Assembly (NCBI GenBank): GCA_963769885.1
Contig: CAVYNH010000007.1
Coordinates: forward strand, 32,001-96,000
Length of the DNA stretch: 64,000 bases
Reading direction: 5' to 3'
Source of the DNA: Methanobacteriota archaeon
GTDB lineage: Archaea > Thermoplasmatota > E2 > DHVEG-1
This document shows, one piece after another, positions 29,836 to 40,945 of the stretch (its first letter is position 1; every line of letters starts with the position of its first letter). The notes below the pieces were generated by a model. That model was given only the letters and a program-made list of their open reading frames with translations, did not search any database and had not been told where the DNA came from. Both the position numbers and the translations under genes were made by a program.

Positions 29836-30006
29836 ATGTATAGAGAAAGACGTGAAAGAGGGGGATATGATAGGCCTCCTCGCGAGATGCACCCCGCTAC
29901 CTGTGCAGAATGTGGAAAGGAAACTGAAGTACCTTTTAAGCCGGATGGCAGTAGACCGGTGTATTGCCGGGAATGCTTCCAGAAGCATAAGCCAAAACGA
30001 TTCTAA
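29836..30006 (+). CDS. CxxC-x17-CxxC domain protein (not in ORF track)
   Basis: MYRERRERGGYDRPPREMHPATCAECGKETEVPFKPDGSRPVYCRECFQKHKPKRF; TTTTATAA box upstream. Confidence 0.92.
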   Translation: MYRERRERGGYDRPPREMHPATCAECGKETEVPFKPDGSRPVYCRECFQKHKPKRF

Positions 30007-30249
30007 GTCCCGCTAGACTCTTGGCATAATTCTTACACATCCTTCTTTTTTTTCTCTTTTTTTCAGGTTTACTTGTTTTTTCTTTTATCAAAAGGTTTAT
30101 AAGGGCTTTCGAGTGTGGGGGCATGCGAAAGAAGAAAAGACTGGGAGTCCGCGTTTTCGATGCAGTCGTCGAAGCGGCGAGAACATTTCTGGTTTTTTGT
30201 TTTTTCATCGGACACTCGCATCGAAAATCGATGGAAGCGTGGTTTGAAT

Positions 30250-30435
30250 ATGAAAGGAAGACGAAACAGCAAGAAGGATTACCATAAGATACAGCAGATT
30301 GTGACGCGCTGCAGTCTCCTGCAAAACGTGAAGTTTGAGCATGAGACTTGCGGGCAGTTCAAGACGAAAACAAATCCCCAGGCGGATCAGGTTAATTCAC
30401 AGCAGACCTGCAAGCACTGTCAGTACTCGTATTGA
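30250..30435 (+). CDS. Small Cys-rich hypothetical protein
   Basis: C...C...CKHC; lies just upstream of the second csp. Confidence 0.5.
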   Translation: MKGRRNSKKDYHKIQQIVTRCSLLQNVKFEHETCGQFKTKTNPQADQVNSQQTCKHCQYSY

Positions 30436-30458
30436 ACGCCTCTTGAGGCGAGGCAGGC

Positions 30459-30650
30459 ATGGACGGCGTTGTGAACTGGTACGACGAAAAGGACGGACGA
30501 GGGTTTATCACCGGCCACGATGGAGCCGATGTGTTCGTGTATAAATCCTCCCTTGATTTTCTGACGATCCTGCATCCTGGCGACCGGATTAAGTACAACG
30601 TCGTCATGACGATAAAAGGACCACAGGCGGAACACGTCAAGGTCCTGTAA
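30459..30650 (+). CDS. csp: Cold-shock domain protein
   Basis: NWYDEKDGRGFI, DVFVY, KGPQA. Confidence 0.88.
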   Translation: MDGVVNWYDEKDGRGFITGHDGADVFVYKSSLDFLTILHPGDRIKYNVVMTIKGPQAEHVKVL

Positions 30651-30909
30651 ACGCCTTTTTTTCGGTATGTAATCTTTTTTAAAAAAAATTGATTGCGAAA
30701 GCCAAGGGGGTAGACCTTCAAGGGAGAGGGGATGAATTTAATAAAACGCGTCCCCGGCGACTCTACAAACCGTTTATAATCAACGAAGAATGCCCTGCAG
30801 CCTCTTCCAAAAAAATCATACATTCACAAATCGTTTCAATTTCGTTTCAAAACACGTATTGTCATATAATTCGAATAAATAGAAAAAGAAAAAAAGAGGG
30901 GATAGGGGA

Positions 30910-32220
30910 TTATTTTTTCAAAATGACGAGGAACAATAAGACGAGTCCTACCGCCGATTTTTCCACGTAACCGGCTTTGACCGTGATTGTCGTCTTCCCA
31001 AAGCCGATTGGCGTGTCTCTTACGGTGGTATATGTTCCGATGTTCAGTGCTGAGATAGTCCCGTCATTAGACTTCCCCTTTAAGATGAACCCGCCGACGC
31101 AACTGATCGTCCAGTTGATGTCCGTCAAGTTGACGTCCCCGACGTTTTTCACCGTCGCAGTGATGCCGAAGACGCCCTTGATGGTGATCTCAATGGGGTA
31201 GCGGATGGTGAACGCGGCAGTCTTCTCAGTCTCGATGTTGCCCGCATTGTCCACAGAGTAGAAGGCGATGGTGTGGTTTCCCTCTTCAGTGATGTTGAAG
31301 GACCCGGTGTAGATCGTCCATTCGCCGGCGTCAACCTTGTACTTGGTGTAGTTCACGCCATACCCAAAGTCAACGGCGGTGAGCGTGACCTTAACGGGGG
31401 ACGTATAATTCCCTCCGCTCATCTCACCTTCAAGGGTGCAGTTTGTTTCAGGTGGCGTCGTGTCTCCTACCGAGCCGATAAGCTGGAAGTTCAAATCATG
31501 GGGAAGTGGATTAGGATCCGGGGGGACACTCTGTGCCAATAATGTCATAATCGTCACCCAATTTGAGTAACTCCAATAAACCCCTTTAAACATTGCTTCA
31601 TGAAGTTTAATTGGACTTTGTGAACTATTGTGTCGGCACCAGGCACCTTGTGGATATGTATTCGGTGTTTGAATCGCTTGAATCGTGATCCAATACTTTG
31701 TGCCCCCGTTGAGGGTTTGCGGTACTGGTAATGGACAAGAATAGTTGGCGACCCAATAGGTATTATTATTATCGGGACGCGTGTAATTATACCAAAAACT
31801 TCTTGTAATCGACGCATCAGATATAGTACGGTTATAAATTTCGGTACCTGGCCAGCTTCCATTACCGATGTCATTCCAGAAGATAATGCGCCAATCCCAG
31901 TGGTAATCCTTTTGGCCTTGGGCTAACTGACACTGGAAATATCCTCCCTGCCAAGCTACGCTATCGACGGTGCTTGTGGTATTAAACTGGAAGTCATCGG
32001 CTGGGAAGGCAATCCCTTCAGTTCTCACCGTGGCTACAATGATCCCACCGCGTGATCCATACACACCCATCACATTATCCCAGACGATGCCCTTCCCCGC
32101 CTGCTGTGGGGCGGCGGTGCTATGTGTTCTTGTGGTTGCGAGGACGGTGCTCGCGGGTAAAATCATGAGCGCTGCAGTGAGTAAGACTACGGCCTCTCGT
32201 AATATCTTTTTCTTATTCAT
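30910..32220 (-). CDS. Secreted surface protein with Ig-like (OmpL47-type) domain
   Basis: Signal peptide; ADDF; DTTPP.T...Y.VD...EGNHTIAFYSVDNAGNIE; C-terminal GITATVKNVG...GFGK domain. Confidence 0.75.
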   Translation of the reverse strand: MNKKKILREAVVLLTAALMILPASTVLATTRTHSTAAPQQAGKGIVWDNVMGVYGSRGGIIVATVRTEGIAFPADDFQFNTTSTVDSVAWQGGYFQCQLAQGQKDYHWDWRIIFWNDIGNGSWPGTEIYNRTISDASITRSFWYNYTRPDNNNTYWVANYSCPLPVPQTLNGGTKYWITIQAIQTPNTYPQGAWCRHNSSQSPIKLHEAMFKGVYWSYSNWVTIMTLLAQSVPPDPNPLPHDLNFQLIGSVGDTTPPETNCTLEGEMSGGNYTSPVKVTLTAVDFGYGVNYTKYKVDAGEWTIYTGSFNITEEGNHTIAFYSVDNAGNIETEKTAAFTIRYPIEITIKGVFGITATVKNVGDVNLTDINWTISCVGGFILKGKSNDGTISALNIGTYTTVRDTPIGFGKTTITVKAGYVEKSAVGLVLLFLVILKK

Positions 32221-32571
32221 GGATAAATTCCTCCTCCGAAGTTATTGATAATTAAACCAGAGGTTCCTTAAAAATATATGCTTGTTGTTTTAAAATTGAT
32301 ATTTAAAGATTGTGTTACGGTGTGTCAATTGTCCATGATTGTCACGCTTGCCAGCGATCAGGCTTATATGTCTATGTGTGGTACGAAATTTTTTCCAATC
32401 GCGGCTTGTGGGTCCCATCTTCTTTCCATCTTTTCTCTTTCTCCAGTGTTGGTTAAAATTCCTTCAATTCGTGAAATTCTTCTCAATAATTATTGCGCGC
32501 TGTGGTCTGGAAATAAAGAGAATACGCCCAAATCGGGTATTTTTGCAAAAGGCTAGACGGCCTGTTGTTAT

Positions 32572-33271
32572 CAGTAGCGGCCGGGAATACTGCGTGGTCT
32601 GAACCGCAGTGAAGACCCGCAGATGAGAGGCCGCTCGTCGTCTTTTTCTCACAACACTCGTTACATTTTTTGTCGCGGCGGGCAGGCGTCCGCCTGCCCC
32701 TTTACCGCGCGACAGGAGTACAAAAACTTATGGAGAGTGTATCGAGCGGCAGCTCTAAAAAGGTTGCGGGTGACACCCGCAACAACTGGGTGACCATGAT
32801 GTTCCCGACACACAAAAGGTACCGGAACTTCCGAAAACAAAGCCACATCGACACCTGCACCCAGGCGTTCCACGACCTGGAACGCCTTGGGTTCGAGTTC
32901 GGCGAATTCGGATTCGCCGAAACCCATGTACATCTCCAGGTCAACGTTCCCAAGCGGTACTCCATTGAAACCGCTGAGATTATTCTCAAGTCTTACACCT
33001 CCCGGAGAATGTTCCAGGCTCACCCCGGGTTCCACAAACGCTACCCCCGCGGGGGATTCTGGAGCGGGTACGAGCACCACGAGTCCACCGGATTGACCAG
33101 CCTTGATGAATCCTCAGCCTACCTACGCGATCAGCAACACCATCACAACGTGACCATCATCGACAACCGACAACAACGCCTGACCGCCGAGTGAGATACG
33201 GCAATGCCCAAGAGGGCTTGCCGAGGAACGAAGGCGGAACGGGGTCATAGGGGCGCAGCCCCTATTTCATT
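32572..33271 (+). mobile_element. IS200-type element (tnpA only), copy 1
   Basis: Preceded by TTAT; LE hairpin ACTGCG/CGCAGT; RE hairpin ATAGGGGC-GCA-GCCCCTAT then TTCATT; three near-identical copies in the window. Confidence 0.92.
32730..33194 (+). CDS. tnpA: IS200/IS605 Y1 HUH transposase
   Basis: HVH (HUH), GFWS, YLRDQ (YxxxQ); AGGAG RBS. Confidence 0.92.
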   Translation: MESVSSGSSKKVAGDTRNNWVTMMFPTHKRYRNFRKQSHIDTCTQAFHDLERLGFEFGEFGFAETHVHLQVNVPKRYSIETAEIILKSYTSRRMFQAHPGFHKRYPRGGFWSGYEHHESTGLTSLDESSAYLRDQQHHHNVTIIDNRQQRLTAE

Positions 33272-33387
33272 CACTCCCTTGCTTTGGATTTTTTCATTTA
33301 TAAGACTGGTTTCGCATAAAATATTAATATCATTTCTGTCTTTATAAGCATAAAATTCAAGGACAAAATGTCGGGGGTTACTGTAGA

Positions 33388-34440
33388 ATGAAGGAAATAA
33401 AAGTCCTTGGCGCTGGCCCCGCTGGCTTAACGGCAGCCATCAATTTGGCAAAAGAGGGATATCAAGTCACAATCTTTGAGAAAGAAAAAGAATGCGGAAT
33501 GCGTTTTAACGGTGATTTCCAAGGCATCGAAAATTGGTCATCCCAAGTCGATGTATTAGACGATTTGAATCTCATGAATATAAAGACCAACTTTTACTTT
33601 GACCCAATTAGGAACTGCGAGATTTATGATCCAGATCTTAAAAAAAGAGAAATCAGGTTCAACAAACCTGCGCTCTATATGGTAAGACGAGGCGATATGA
33701 CGGAAAGTCTGGATCTTGGGTTAAAAGAGCAAGCACTAGCGCGAGGAGTCAAAATCGTTTTCAACAAAAAAGCTACACAAGAAGAAGCGGATATCATTGC
33801 AGGCGGACCAATGGGACCAGTTAAGATAGACGGGATAGCACGAGGAATTGTATTTGACACAGAAATGGAAGACACATTATTATTGATTATTGATGATAAT
33901 ATTGCGCCAAAGGGCTATGCATATCTAGTGATTAAACATGGAAAAGGCTGCCTGACAACTGTTTTATTCAAAAATTTTAAGGATGCAAAAATATATTTTG
34001 ATAGGGCATTTGAGCGATTCTGCAAAATAAAAAGTCTGAGTATAACTAATAGGAAAGATTTTGGTGGTATCGGAAATTTTTTTCTTAGGAAAAACTACGA
34101 AGATAATGGCAAGCTAATTGTTGGTGAGGCTGCTGGATTGCAAGATTTTTTATTTGGTTTTGGCATGAGATATGCAATTACCTCAGGATATTTAGCCGCG
34201 AAAAGTATCGTGGAAAACACAAGCTACGATACTTTAATAAAACAACAATTAGGCACTCAACTAAGAATATCTATTTCAAACAGATTTTTGTTCAACTTGT
34301 TGGGCAATAGAGGCTACAAGGCGCTGTTAAAAAGGGGACAGGAAATCGATCAGCCTCTGGAAAGAATCCGTCAGCAGTATGCCCCCTCTCTTATGAAAGA
34401 ATTGATTCTGCCAATTGGAAGAATTGCTTTTAACAAATAG
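33388..34440 (+). CDS. FAD-dependent oxidoreductase (geranylgeranyl reductase-like)
   Basis: GAGPAG, GYAY, VGEAAGLQD...GFGM. Confidence 0.88.
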   Translation: MKEIKVLGAGPAGLTAAINLAKEGYQVTIFEKEKECGMRFNGDFQGIENWSSQVDVLDDLNLMNIKTNFYFDPIRNCEIYDPDLKKREIRFNKPALYMVRRGDMTESLDLGLKEQALARGVKIVFNKKATQEEADIIAGGPMGPVKIDGIARGIVFDTEMEDTLLLIIDDNIAPKGYAYLVIKHGKGCLTTVLFKNFKDAKIYFDRAFERFCKIKSLSITNRKDFGGIGNFFLRKNYEDNGKLIVGEAAGLQDFLFGFGMRYAITSGYLAAKSIVENTSYDTLIKQQLGTQLRISISNRFLFNLLGNRGYKALLKRGQEIDQPLERIRQQYAPSLMKELILPIGRIAFNK

Positions 34441-34477
34441 GCAAGGCAGGTAGGGAAGTAACCGTCTCAACGCTTTT

Positions 34478-34597
34478 TGTATCGACAGCGACTGAGTAAT
34501 CGGCGCGGTCTGAACCGCAGTGAAGACCCGCAGATGACAGGCCGCGCGTTATCTTTTTCACGCAACACTCGAGACTCGTTTTTTGCCGTGGCAGGTG
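34478..34597 (+). mobile_element. Solo degenerate IS200 left end
   Basis: GCGGTCTGAACCGCAGTGAAGACCCGCAGATGACAGGCCGC...CAACACTCG matches the LE of copies 1-3. Confidence 0.88.
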
Positions 34598-34669
34598 AAC
34601 AAAAACCTACCTCATTCCCGCCGCTTAGAAAAAAATTTTTTCACTTCTGCCTCATATGAAGAATTATTT

Positions 34670-35852
34670 CTAGTTGTCTCTGAGATGTTCTCCTGAGAGA
34701 ATATCCTCTTCGAGCAGCGCCTTCTTCTCTGTGGGAGCCGTATAGTCAAACTCCCGGAGCGCGAAGCCCCACTGGCTCTCTACCGTCTTCTTCATGGAAT
34801 CCGAGTAGGTGTAGTGGTCGGTGTGGATTGTCTTCTGGGTGGTCAAATATTCTTTGAAAACCGGCTCTACTTGGGTGTAGCCTGCGATGTTGAATTTGTA
34901 GTAGAGACTATGGACGGTCCGCAGAGGCTGTCTGATGAATGTCTCGTACCGCACTTCAGCCAGATTCTCCTTGGGGATTCGGTCCTTGTCCTGAAGGTAT
35001 TTCTTGGTCATCTGCGCGCAGAGTGCGACCATGTGCGGCTCTACCTCCCTCCAGGGCGGCGGGGTCTGCACGCAATAAAGGGGGATGACCTTGATGATGA
35101 ACTTCTTCATCGACATGTAGAGATCGTACGGGTTCCGGTAGCAGTAGATGAATTTCGCGTCCGGGAACATCTCGAGCAGGTGGGGGATTTTCCCGGTGTT
35201 GTCCTGGTTTTTAAGGATGAGTTGTTTCCCGTGATGGTACATGGTTATTTTCTTCAGAAGCCGCAGATAGGTCTGTTTCCAGTCCTCGATGGTCTGCGGT
35301 GAGGCGTGGTCCATGCAGACGTAGTCGTTGTAGTGCTGCATGTTCTTGGGGAAGCACCAGCCGTGGTAGTAGGAATAGGGTGAGAGAGATCCCATCGCGT
35401 AGATGTCTTCTTGGGGGAGGTCGGCGGAGAGGTCGCCGTCGTCCATGGGCCGTTTGCTGGGCAGGCTTTTGACGACGATGGGTTTGAAGAATTTTTCGCC
35501 GCTGATGAAGATGGAGGGGGATGAGAGTCTGGTAGGTAGAGAAGTAGCCGAATTGGGGGTCTCGGGTGAGGATGTTGTGCAGGTAGGTAGTGCCGGTGCG
35601 CTAGTGGCCGATGATGAAGATCGGGTCTTTCGTAATCGAGGTGTGGGCGATAGGTTTGTCGTATGCAGCTCGTTCTCTGAGGTAGAAGGGGACCATAAGG
35701 CTACTCAGGGCGAGGCTGTAGGTGAAGCGGGCGGCGTAGCGCGGGCTGATGTTAAAGCGGTTTTGTGCGAGGATTCGGAAAAGGTTGGGGAGGGTATAGC
35801 CGGCGAGCGGGGTGTAGGTGACCACCGTGTTCTTGGTGAGGTCGAATTCCAT
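34670..35852 (-). pseudogene. Sulfotransferase family protein, interrupted (TAG at 35601-35603; +1 at 35516-35520)
   Basis: PIFIIGH*RTGTTYLHN (PAPS loop), KRPMD, LILKN, RNPYD, RYETF. Confidence 0.8.
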
Positions 35853-36224
35853 CTGACACGCGGGTAGTCCTTGGAGGTATATAAGTGATATGATGGAGGC
35901 ATCAGCCTGAGGTTTCCTTCAGGCGGCCGGCAATGGACTCGTTGAATGAGGGAAGAACGGCGGTTTCTAGAAGGATGCAGACGTCGTGAGCTGGGGAGTG
36001 GTGAACCTGATGGTATCCGCCGTCGTCCTCCGGCCCTGAAGAACCACCGGAAAACGATTCGGGGTGAGACCCGAGTTTTCGCTCGCGTCAGTCGTAGTAT
36101 TCAGTGTAGCACCGCTGTCAATTCCTTCTGAGACTCTTCCTTCAGATTGTTCGATGACTTAATATAAAGTCGTCTCAGGCGACTCCATCGGGATGGGAGC
36201 TTCTCGGTGTCGCCTGGAAAATAA

Positions 36225-37160
36225 TTACATGACGAGGGTAATGTCAAGTTTCATTGCCAATTCTTTGTACCGATTCCGTATCGTGACCTCGGTCACCCCA
36301 GCGACGTCTGCGACCTCACGCTGGGTCCGGCGTTCTCCGCACAGTACCGAGGCGATGTACATCGAGGCTGCCGCAAGGCCGGTCGGCCCGCGTCCACTCG
36401 TCAATTCATGATTCGCGGCACGCTCAAGAATCTCCAGGGTCTTGGTTTGAACGCCGTTGCTGAGTTTGAGCACACTGCAGAACCGGGCGATGTAATCCTT
36501 TGGTATGGTCGGCATGAGCCTAAGTTCCAGCTCCCGGGAGACAAAGCGGTAGTTCCGACCGATTTCCTTGCGGGGCAACCGCGTGGCCAGGCTCACTTCA
36601 TCAAGCGTGCGGGGAACGTGGCATTGCCGGCATGCGGCATAGAGCGATGCGGCCGTGATCCCTTCGATGCTCCGGCCTCGGACAAGGTTCTTGAAGGCGG
36701 CTTTCCGGTAGATCATCGCCGCGGTTTCGCGAACGGACCGAGGAAGCCCCATCCCTGAAGAATAGCGGTCGATCTCGGTCAAGGCGAGGGCGAGATTCCT
36801 CTCTGTGGCATCGCTGATTCGGATCCGCCGCTGCCATTTTCGGAGACGATAGAGCTGGGCCCGGCTTCGTGCAGGGATGCGCCTCCCGTAGGCGTCTCGG
36901 TTGGTCCATCCGATGGTCGTGCTGAGTCCCTTGTCATGCATGGTGTAGGACATCGGGGCCCCGGTCCGAGAACGCTTCTCGCGTTGTTCGCTGTCAAACG
37001 CCCGCCATTCTGGGCCATGGTCGATGATGTCTGAATCAAGGACGAGCCCGCAATTCCCGCACACCAGTTCAGCCCGAGAGTAATCGCTTCTCAGATGTCC
37101 GCTCCCGCAATCAGGACAGCTGATGATCTCTTCTATTGCATGTTTGGTCTTTTTCTTCAA
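36225..37160 (-). CDS. tfb: Transcription initiation factor IIB
   Basis: CPDC..CGNCG ribbon, [32 protein letters not shown]; TTG start inferred. Confidence 0.96.
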   Translation of the reverse strand: MKKKTKHAIEEIISCPDCGSGHLRSDYSRAELVCGNCGLVLDSDIIDHGPEWRAFDSEQREKRSRTGAPMSYTMHDKGLSTTIGWTNRDAYGRRIPARSRAQLYRLRKWQRRIRISDATERNLALALTEIDRYSSGMGLPRSVRETAAMIYRKAAFKNLVRGRSIEGITAASLYAACRQCHVPRTLDEVSLATRLPRKEIGRNYRFVSRELELRLMPTIPKDYIARFCSVLKLSNGVQTKTLEILERAANHELTSGRGPTGLAAASMYIASVLCGERRTQREVADVAGVTEVTIRNRYKELAMKLDITLVM

Positions 37161-37712
37161 GGCGTTTATCCTGATGCAGGTATCAATGGGCCATGCATGG
37201 TTCCCGGAGGTCTTGGATGCGTAGAAAAAAAACACAAGCATCTCACACGATTGCTATGAGAAAACCACGGTTTCTTCTCTGCCTATAAGTAATACCGGTT
37301 TCCTCCTTTATATGACTTTGTCTCTTTGGATGTGTATTGCACATGGTGTCTTGGACCCTTTCTGTAATAAAAGTCAAATACTTGGGTTGATGAAAAGCTG
37401 GGTTTGCGAGCGTCGGATGCATTGTTCACTGGCGAAGCGGCAGGATCTGGGCTGAAGGCGAGGAGAACAAGGAAACAACGTTTCACTTCCTTCTCTTTCG
37501 ACTTCAAATAAGGCAAAATGAAAAATAATTTGAGATATGAAATCAACTCCAAGTTTTTCCTTAACAACGCATCCTCAGAACCCCGTCGCCTTGCAGCGCA
37601 TACTGCATCCTGGATCCGTTTCTCTGAGCGGTTAGGCAGTGGCACTGTTTCATTTTTTACTAACAAATAAAGATGCTGACTTAACAATAACCGAGTGTGC
37701 ATCCATTCTTAT

Positions 37713-38406
37713 CAGTAGCGGCCGGGAATACTGCGCGGTCTGAACAACAGTGAAGACCCGCGGATGAAAGGCCGCTCGTCGTCTTTTTCTCAAAACACAC
37801 GTTACGTTTTTTGTCGCGGCGGGCAGGCGTCCGCCTGCCCCTTTACCGCGCGACAGGAGATCAAAAACTTATGGATGATGTATCGAGCGGTAGCTCTAAA
37901 AAGGTTGCGGGTGACACCCGCAACAACTGGGTGACCCTGATGTTTGTGACCAAGAACCGCTACAACTGCTTCAGGAAACAAAGCCACATCGACACCTGCA
38001 GCCAGGCGTTCCATGACCTAGAACGCCATGGGTTCGGCGAACTCGGGTTCGCCGAAGACCATGTCCACCTCCAGGTCAACGTCCCGAAACGGTACTCCCT
38101 CCAAGCCGCTGAGACCATGCTGAAATCCCACAGTGCTAAGAGGATGTTCGAGGTGCACCCCGGGTTCCGCAAACGCTACCCGCGTGGTGGATTCTGGAGC
38201 GGGTACGAGCACCACGAGTCCACCGGGTTGACCAGCCTTGATGAATCCTCAGCCTACCTACGCGATCAGCAACACCATCACAACGTGACCATCATCGACG
38301 ACCGACAACGGCGCCTGACCGCCGAGTGAGATACGGCAATGCCCAAGAGGGCTTGCCGAGGAACGAAGGCGGAACGGGGTCATAGGGGCGAAGCCCCTAT
38401 TTCATT
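37713..38406 (+). mobile_element. IS200-type element, copy 2 (divergent interior)
   Basis: TTAT flank and same LE/RE as copy 1. Confidence 0.92.
37871..38329 (+). CDS. tnpA: IS200/IS605 Y1 transposase
   Basis: DHVH, YLRDQ. Confidence 0.92.
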   Translation: MDDVSSGSSKKVAGDTRNNWVTLMFVTKNRYNCFRKQSHIDTCSQAFHDLERHGFGELGFAEDHVHLQVNVPKRYSLQAAETMLKSHSAKRMFEVHPGFRKRYPRGGFWSGYEHHESTGLTSLDESSAYLRDQQHHHNVTIIDDRQRRLTAE

Positions 38407-38430
38407 TTACTATCATCCACATATTTTCAT

Positions 38431-38898
38431 TCATCGAACAATCAACACTTGTGATGAGGCATGACGAGACACCTTTTCACATACGCTCCCCAGCAATATA
38501 TGATCAAGTCCGGTCATCCCTTTACAGCCCATCACGATAAGATCATCTTTTTTCCCTTCCTTGATGATAGCCTCTTCGGGGAATCCTTCGACGAGTTTCT
38601 TACTTACGGACACACCTGCTGATTTTCCCATTTTTGCCACATCGTCAAGGACTTCTTTTCCTTGTTTTGTTAAAATGGCTTCCCATGAGAGTGACACGTC
38701 ATCATAGGGGATCGTTCTAGTTAAACGAGGAGTATCTACAACATAGAGGGCGACAATTCCCACTCCGTTTAATTTAGCCAAGGAGATCGCTTTCTTCACC
38801 GCCTTGGTTGCATAACTTGATCCATCAACAGCTACGATAATACGGTGGAAATCTTCACTGCGCTTTTTTTCAACATGCCCTTTTTTCACATCAATCAC
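38431..38898 (-). CDS. Universal stress protein
   Basis: IIVAVDGS, DLIVMG..G.......LGSV. Confidence 0.93.
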   Translation of the reverse strand: MIDVKKGHVEKKRSEDFHRIIVAVDGSSYATKAVKKAISLAKLNGVGIVALYVVDTPRLTRTIPYDDVSLSWEAILTKQGKEVLDDVAKMGKSAGVSVSKKLVEGFPEEAIIKEGKKDDLIVMGCKGMTGLDHILLGSVCEKVSRHASSQVLIVR

Positions 38899-38951
38899 CT
38901 ATTGCACTTTAGTTTTCACTACTGACAATACAAATTCCCAACAATTTCTTC

Positions 38952-39036
38952 TTTAAAAACATATCCTAAAAACCGTATACAAGACAGAGGATACTGCGTC
39001 CAAGATCCGTTTCCCTGGACATTCAAGCAGTGACAC
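38952..39036 (+). repeat. LE-related hairpin repeat, copy A (others at 39393-39438, 43769-43819, 44792-44877, 46457-46489, 49678-49760, 56712-56785)
   Basis: Consensus TTAAAAACATATCC..N~25..GATACTGCGTCCTAGATCCGTTTCCnTGGnCGGTCAAGCAGTGACACG; some copies are partial. Confidence 0.85.
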
Positions 39037-39091
39037 AGGATTGGGCTCGTGATTGGCTGCTGAATTTGTGAATAAAAAAACCAATGATTAT

Positions 39092-39337
39092 TTATTCATC
39101 AGGATTAGAGTATTGTTTGCCAAAGTCATCTTTTTGTTTTTGTGTTTTATCAACGATCTTAGCTTTAGGGTCATCAAATTCGTTGCCACATTTCATACAT
39201 ATATATTTTGGTGTCTTTCTTCTTCTAATATAAATCTGAATACTTTCACATTTTGGGCACACTGCAATAAAATCCTTTGCTATTTGACGATATTTATCAT
39301 GTGATCGTTCAGCGAATTTATCTTTTTCTTTTATCAA
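39092..39337 (-). CDS. Small zinc-ribbon protein
   Basis: CPKC...YICMKCGNEFD. Confidence 0.65.
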   Translation of the reverse strand: MIKEKDKFAERSHDKYRQIAKDFIAVCPKCESIQIYIRRRKTPKYICMKCGNEFDDPKAKIVDKTQKQKDDFGKQYSNPDE

Positions 39338-39746
39338 AATTTAATCGCCGATGTTGATATTTTTCGTATCCTTATAAAGGCATCTATATGGGTGGCGTCC
39401 TAAATCCGTTTCCCTTGGCGGTCAAGCAAGTAACACGGTTTTTGTGATTGGCATGCCCTGGCCATTTCATTGAAGGCTCTGTTGAATCAAGATGTGTTGA
39501 AAACATGGATTGTTGAATTATGGTTGATAAGGACAGTATACGCATTCATTCATAGGAAACATGTTTTTGTTTTCTCTTTCTCCTCTGTTCCTTTCTTTCC
39601 TTCTTTGTTAAAGGCTTCGATTTCTTTTCCGGAGATATATCTTTACTCATGTCACCTTCCTCCTTTTTCCAAAAACAATTCCTTCTTTAAAAACCTATAC
39701 CTCTTATATGGGTTTTTTCTGAGGCATCCACCTGACCCTTTACGGG

Positions 39747-39998
39747 CTATACTTCTATTGCATGCATCAATGCTTCTTCGGGTGTTATCTCTTTGATCCG
39801 CTCTTCTTTCACCCATCTATTGAATGTGGATTCTTCTATAGGAAATTCAAAATCCCTTTTATCATTGAAAATTCGTAGACTATAGACACCCCTATTTTTC
39901 CCTCTTTCAAACTCATATAATACTGCAAATGTGAGAGTTATTTTGTCTCTTAATTGAAATTCGTAATAATGCCCAACTTTAAGTTGTAAATTTGACAT
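39747..39998 (-). CDS. Hypothetical protein
   Basis: 83-aa ORF with GAGAG upstream and a TTTTTAAA box. Confidence 0.55.
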   Translation of the reverse strand: MSNLQLKVGHYYEFQLRDKITLTFAVLYEFERGKNRGVYSLRIFNDKRDFEFPIEESTFNRWVKEERIKEITPEEALMHAIEV

Positions 39999-40546
39999 CA
40001 GATGTCTCTCTCAAATTACAAATTCAAAACATCTCTTTCTTTAAAAATCTACCCTTGTCCCTCTTCCAAGAAATGAATTGCCCGGCTTTCCCCCGGAGGA
40101 AGAAAACGCCTGAGGACGTATTACGATTCAGCTCCGGGCGATTCATCCCCAAACTAAGGCATGGGGATTTCTTGCTTAAGGGACGCTTAAAGAAAGAATG
40201 TAAGGGATGAGGGCTGGATGAGGAGAGGGTTTATGTCCTATTAATGGGATACACTCTTAAAAAGAGGACCCATCATCCCTAGTGTCTTCTTTTCGTTGTG
40301 GTCATTGTTAGCTTGAATTTTTTTTCAAGTCCCTATCAATTTCCGATGTCAGTAATGCATAACAGTATTTAAATGTATGTACAAAATGAGTAATCATGTG
40401 CAAATTGTAATTATTTTTATTTAAGAAATCATACTTTTACTTATACATGAACACTGCCTGTGCAGCATCATTGTTATATACTAGTTAAATACTATTGTGT
40501 AGGTATATTAAAAAATAAGTAACTAATACAAGGGAGGTTGACACCT

Positions 40547-40720
40547 ATGGTGAAACGAACAACAATCAGTCTTTCAACAGAAGAAATCAAAGAATTGAGG
40601 ACGTTAGCAAAAAAAGAACATAGGCCCATTAGCCGTCAGATTGTATACATGATGGAGTACTATAAAAAAAATAGTGAGAATACCATCGTAAAAAAAACCA
40701 TTAATTACCATCCTCAGTAA
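40547..40720 (+). CDS. Ribbon-helix-helix (CopG/Arc) protein
   Basis: KRTTISLS...L..LAKKEHRPISRQI; GGAGG RBS. Confidence 0.75.
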   Translation: MVKRTTISLSTEEIKELRTLAKKEHRPISRQIVYMMEYYKKNSENTIVKKTINYHPQ

Positions 40721-40945
40721 AGGGAAGAAAGAATTTCTTTGGAGAGGGTGATGAATCCTTTCTGGCTTAATTTCTTGCTCGACGTGTAAATCTGTTTTTG
40801 ACTTTTCCTCAGATGCTGGCCTATTTCGCGAATTTCAGTCGTGCCTGAAGCAAGTTCGCTGAGGATCCGGAGCTCTTTTTAAGAAAACCGCAAATTCCGA
40901 AAATATGAGAATTACTTGTATATCTTTCTCATTTTTTCGGAAATC

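Noticed and set aside
32670-32729. N-terminal extension of TnpA given in the ORF track (also 37811 and 45033)
   Set aside because: It runs through the leader hairpin; the ATG 60 nt downstream has the RBS.
33195-33271. TnpB/IscB omega-RNA system at the IS right ends
   Set aside because: No tnpB or iscB ORF here, and only ~75 nt lie between the tnpA stop and the end.
39480-39650. ORF after a strong GGAGGAAGGTGA RBS on the minus strand
   Set aside because: Stops after 14 codons; probable remnant with no recognisable family.
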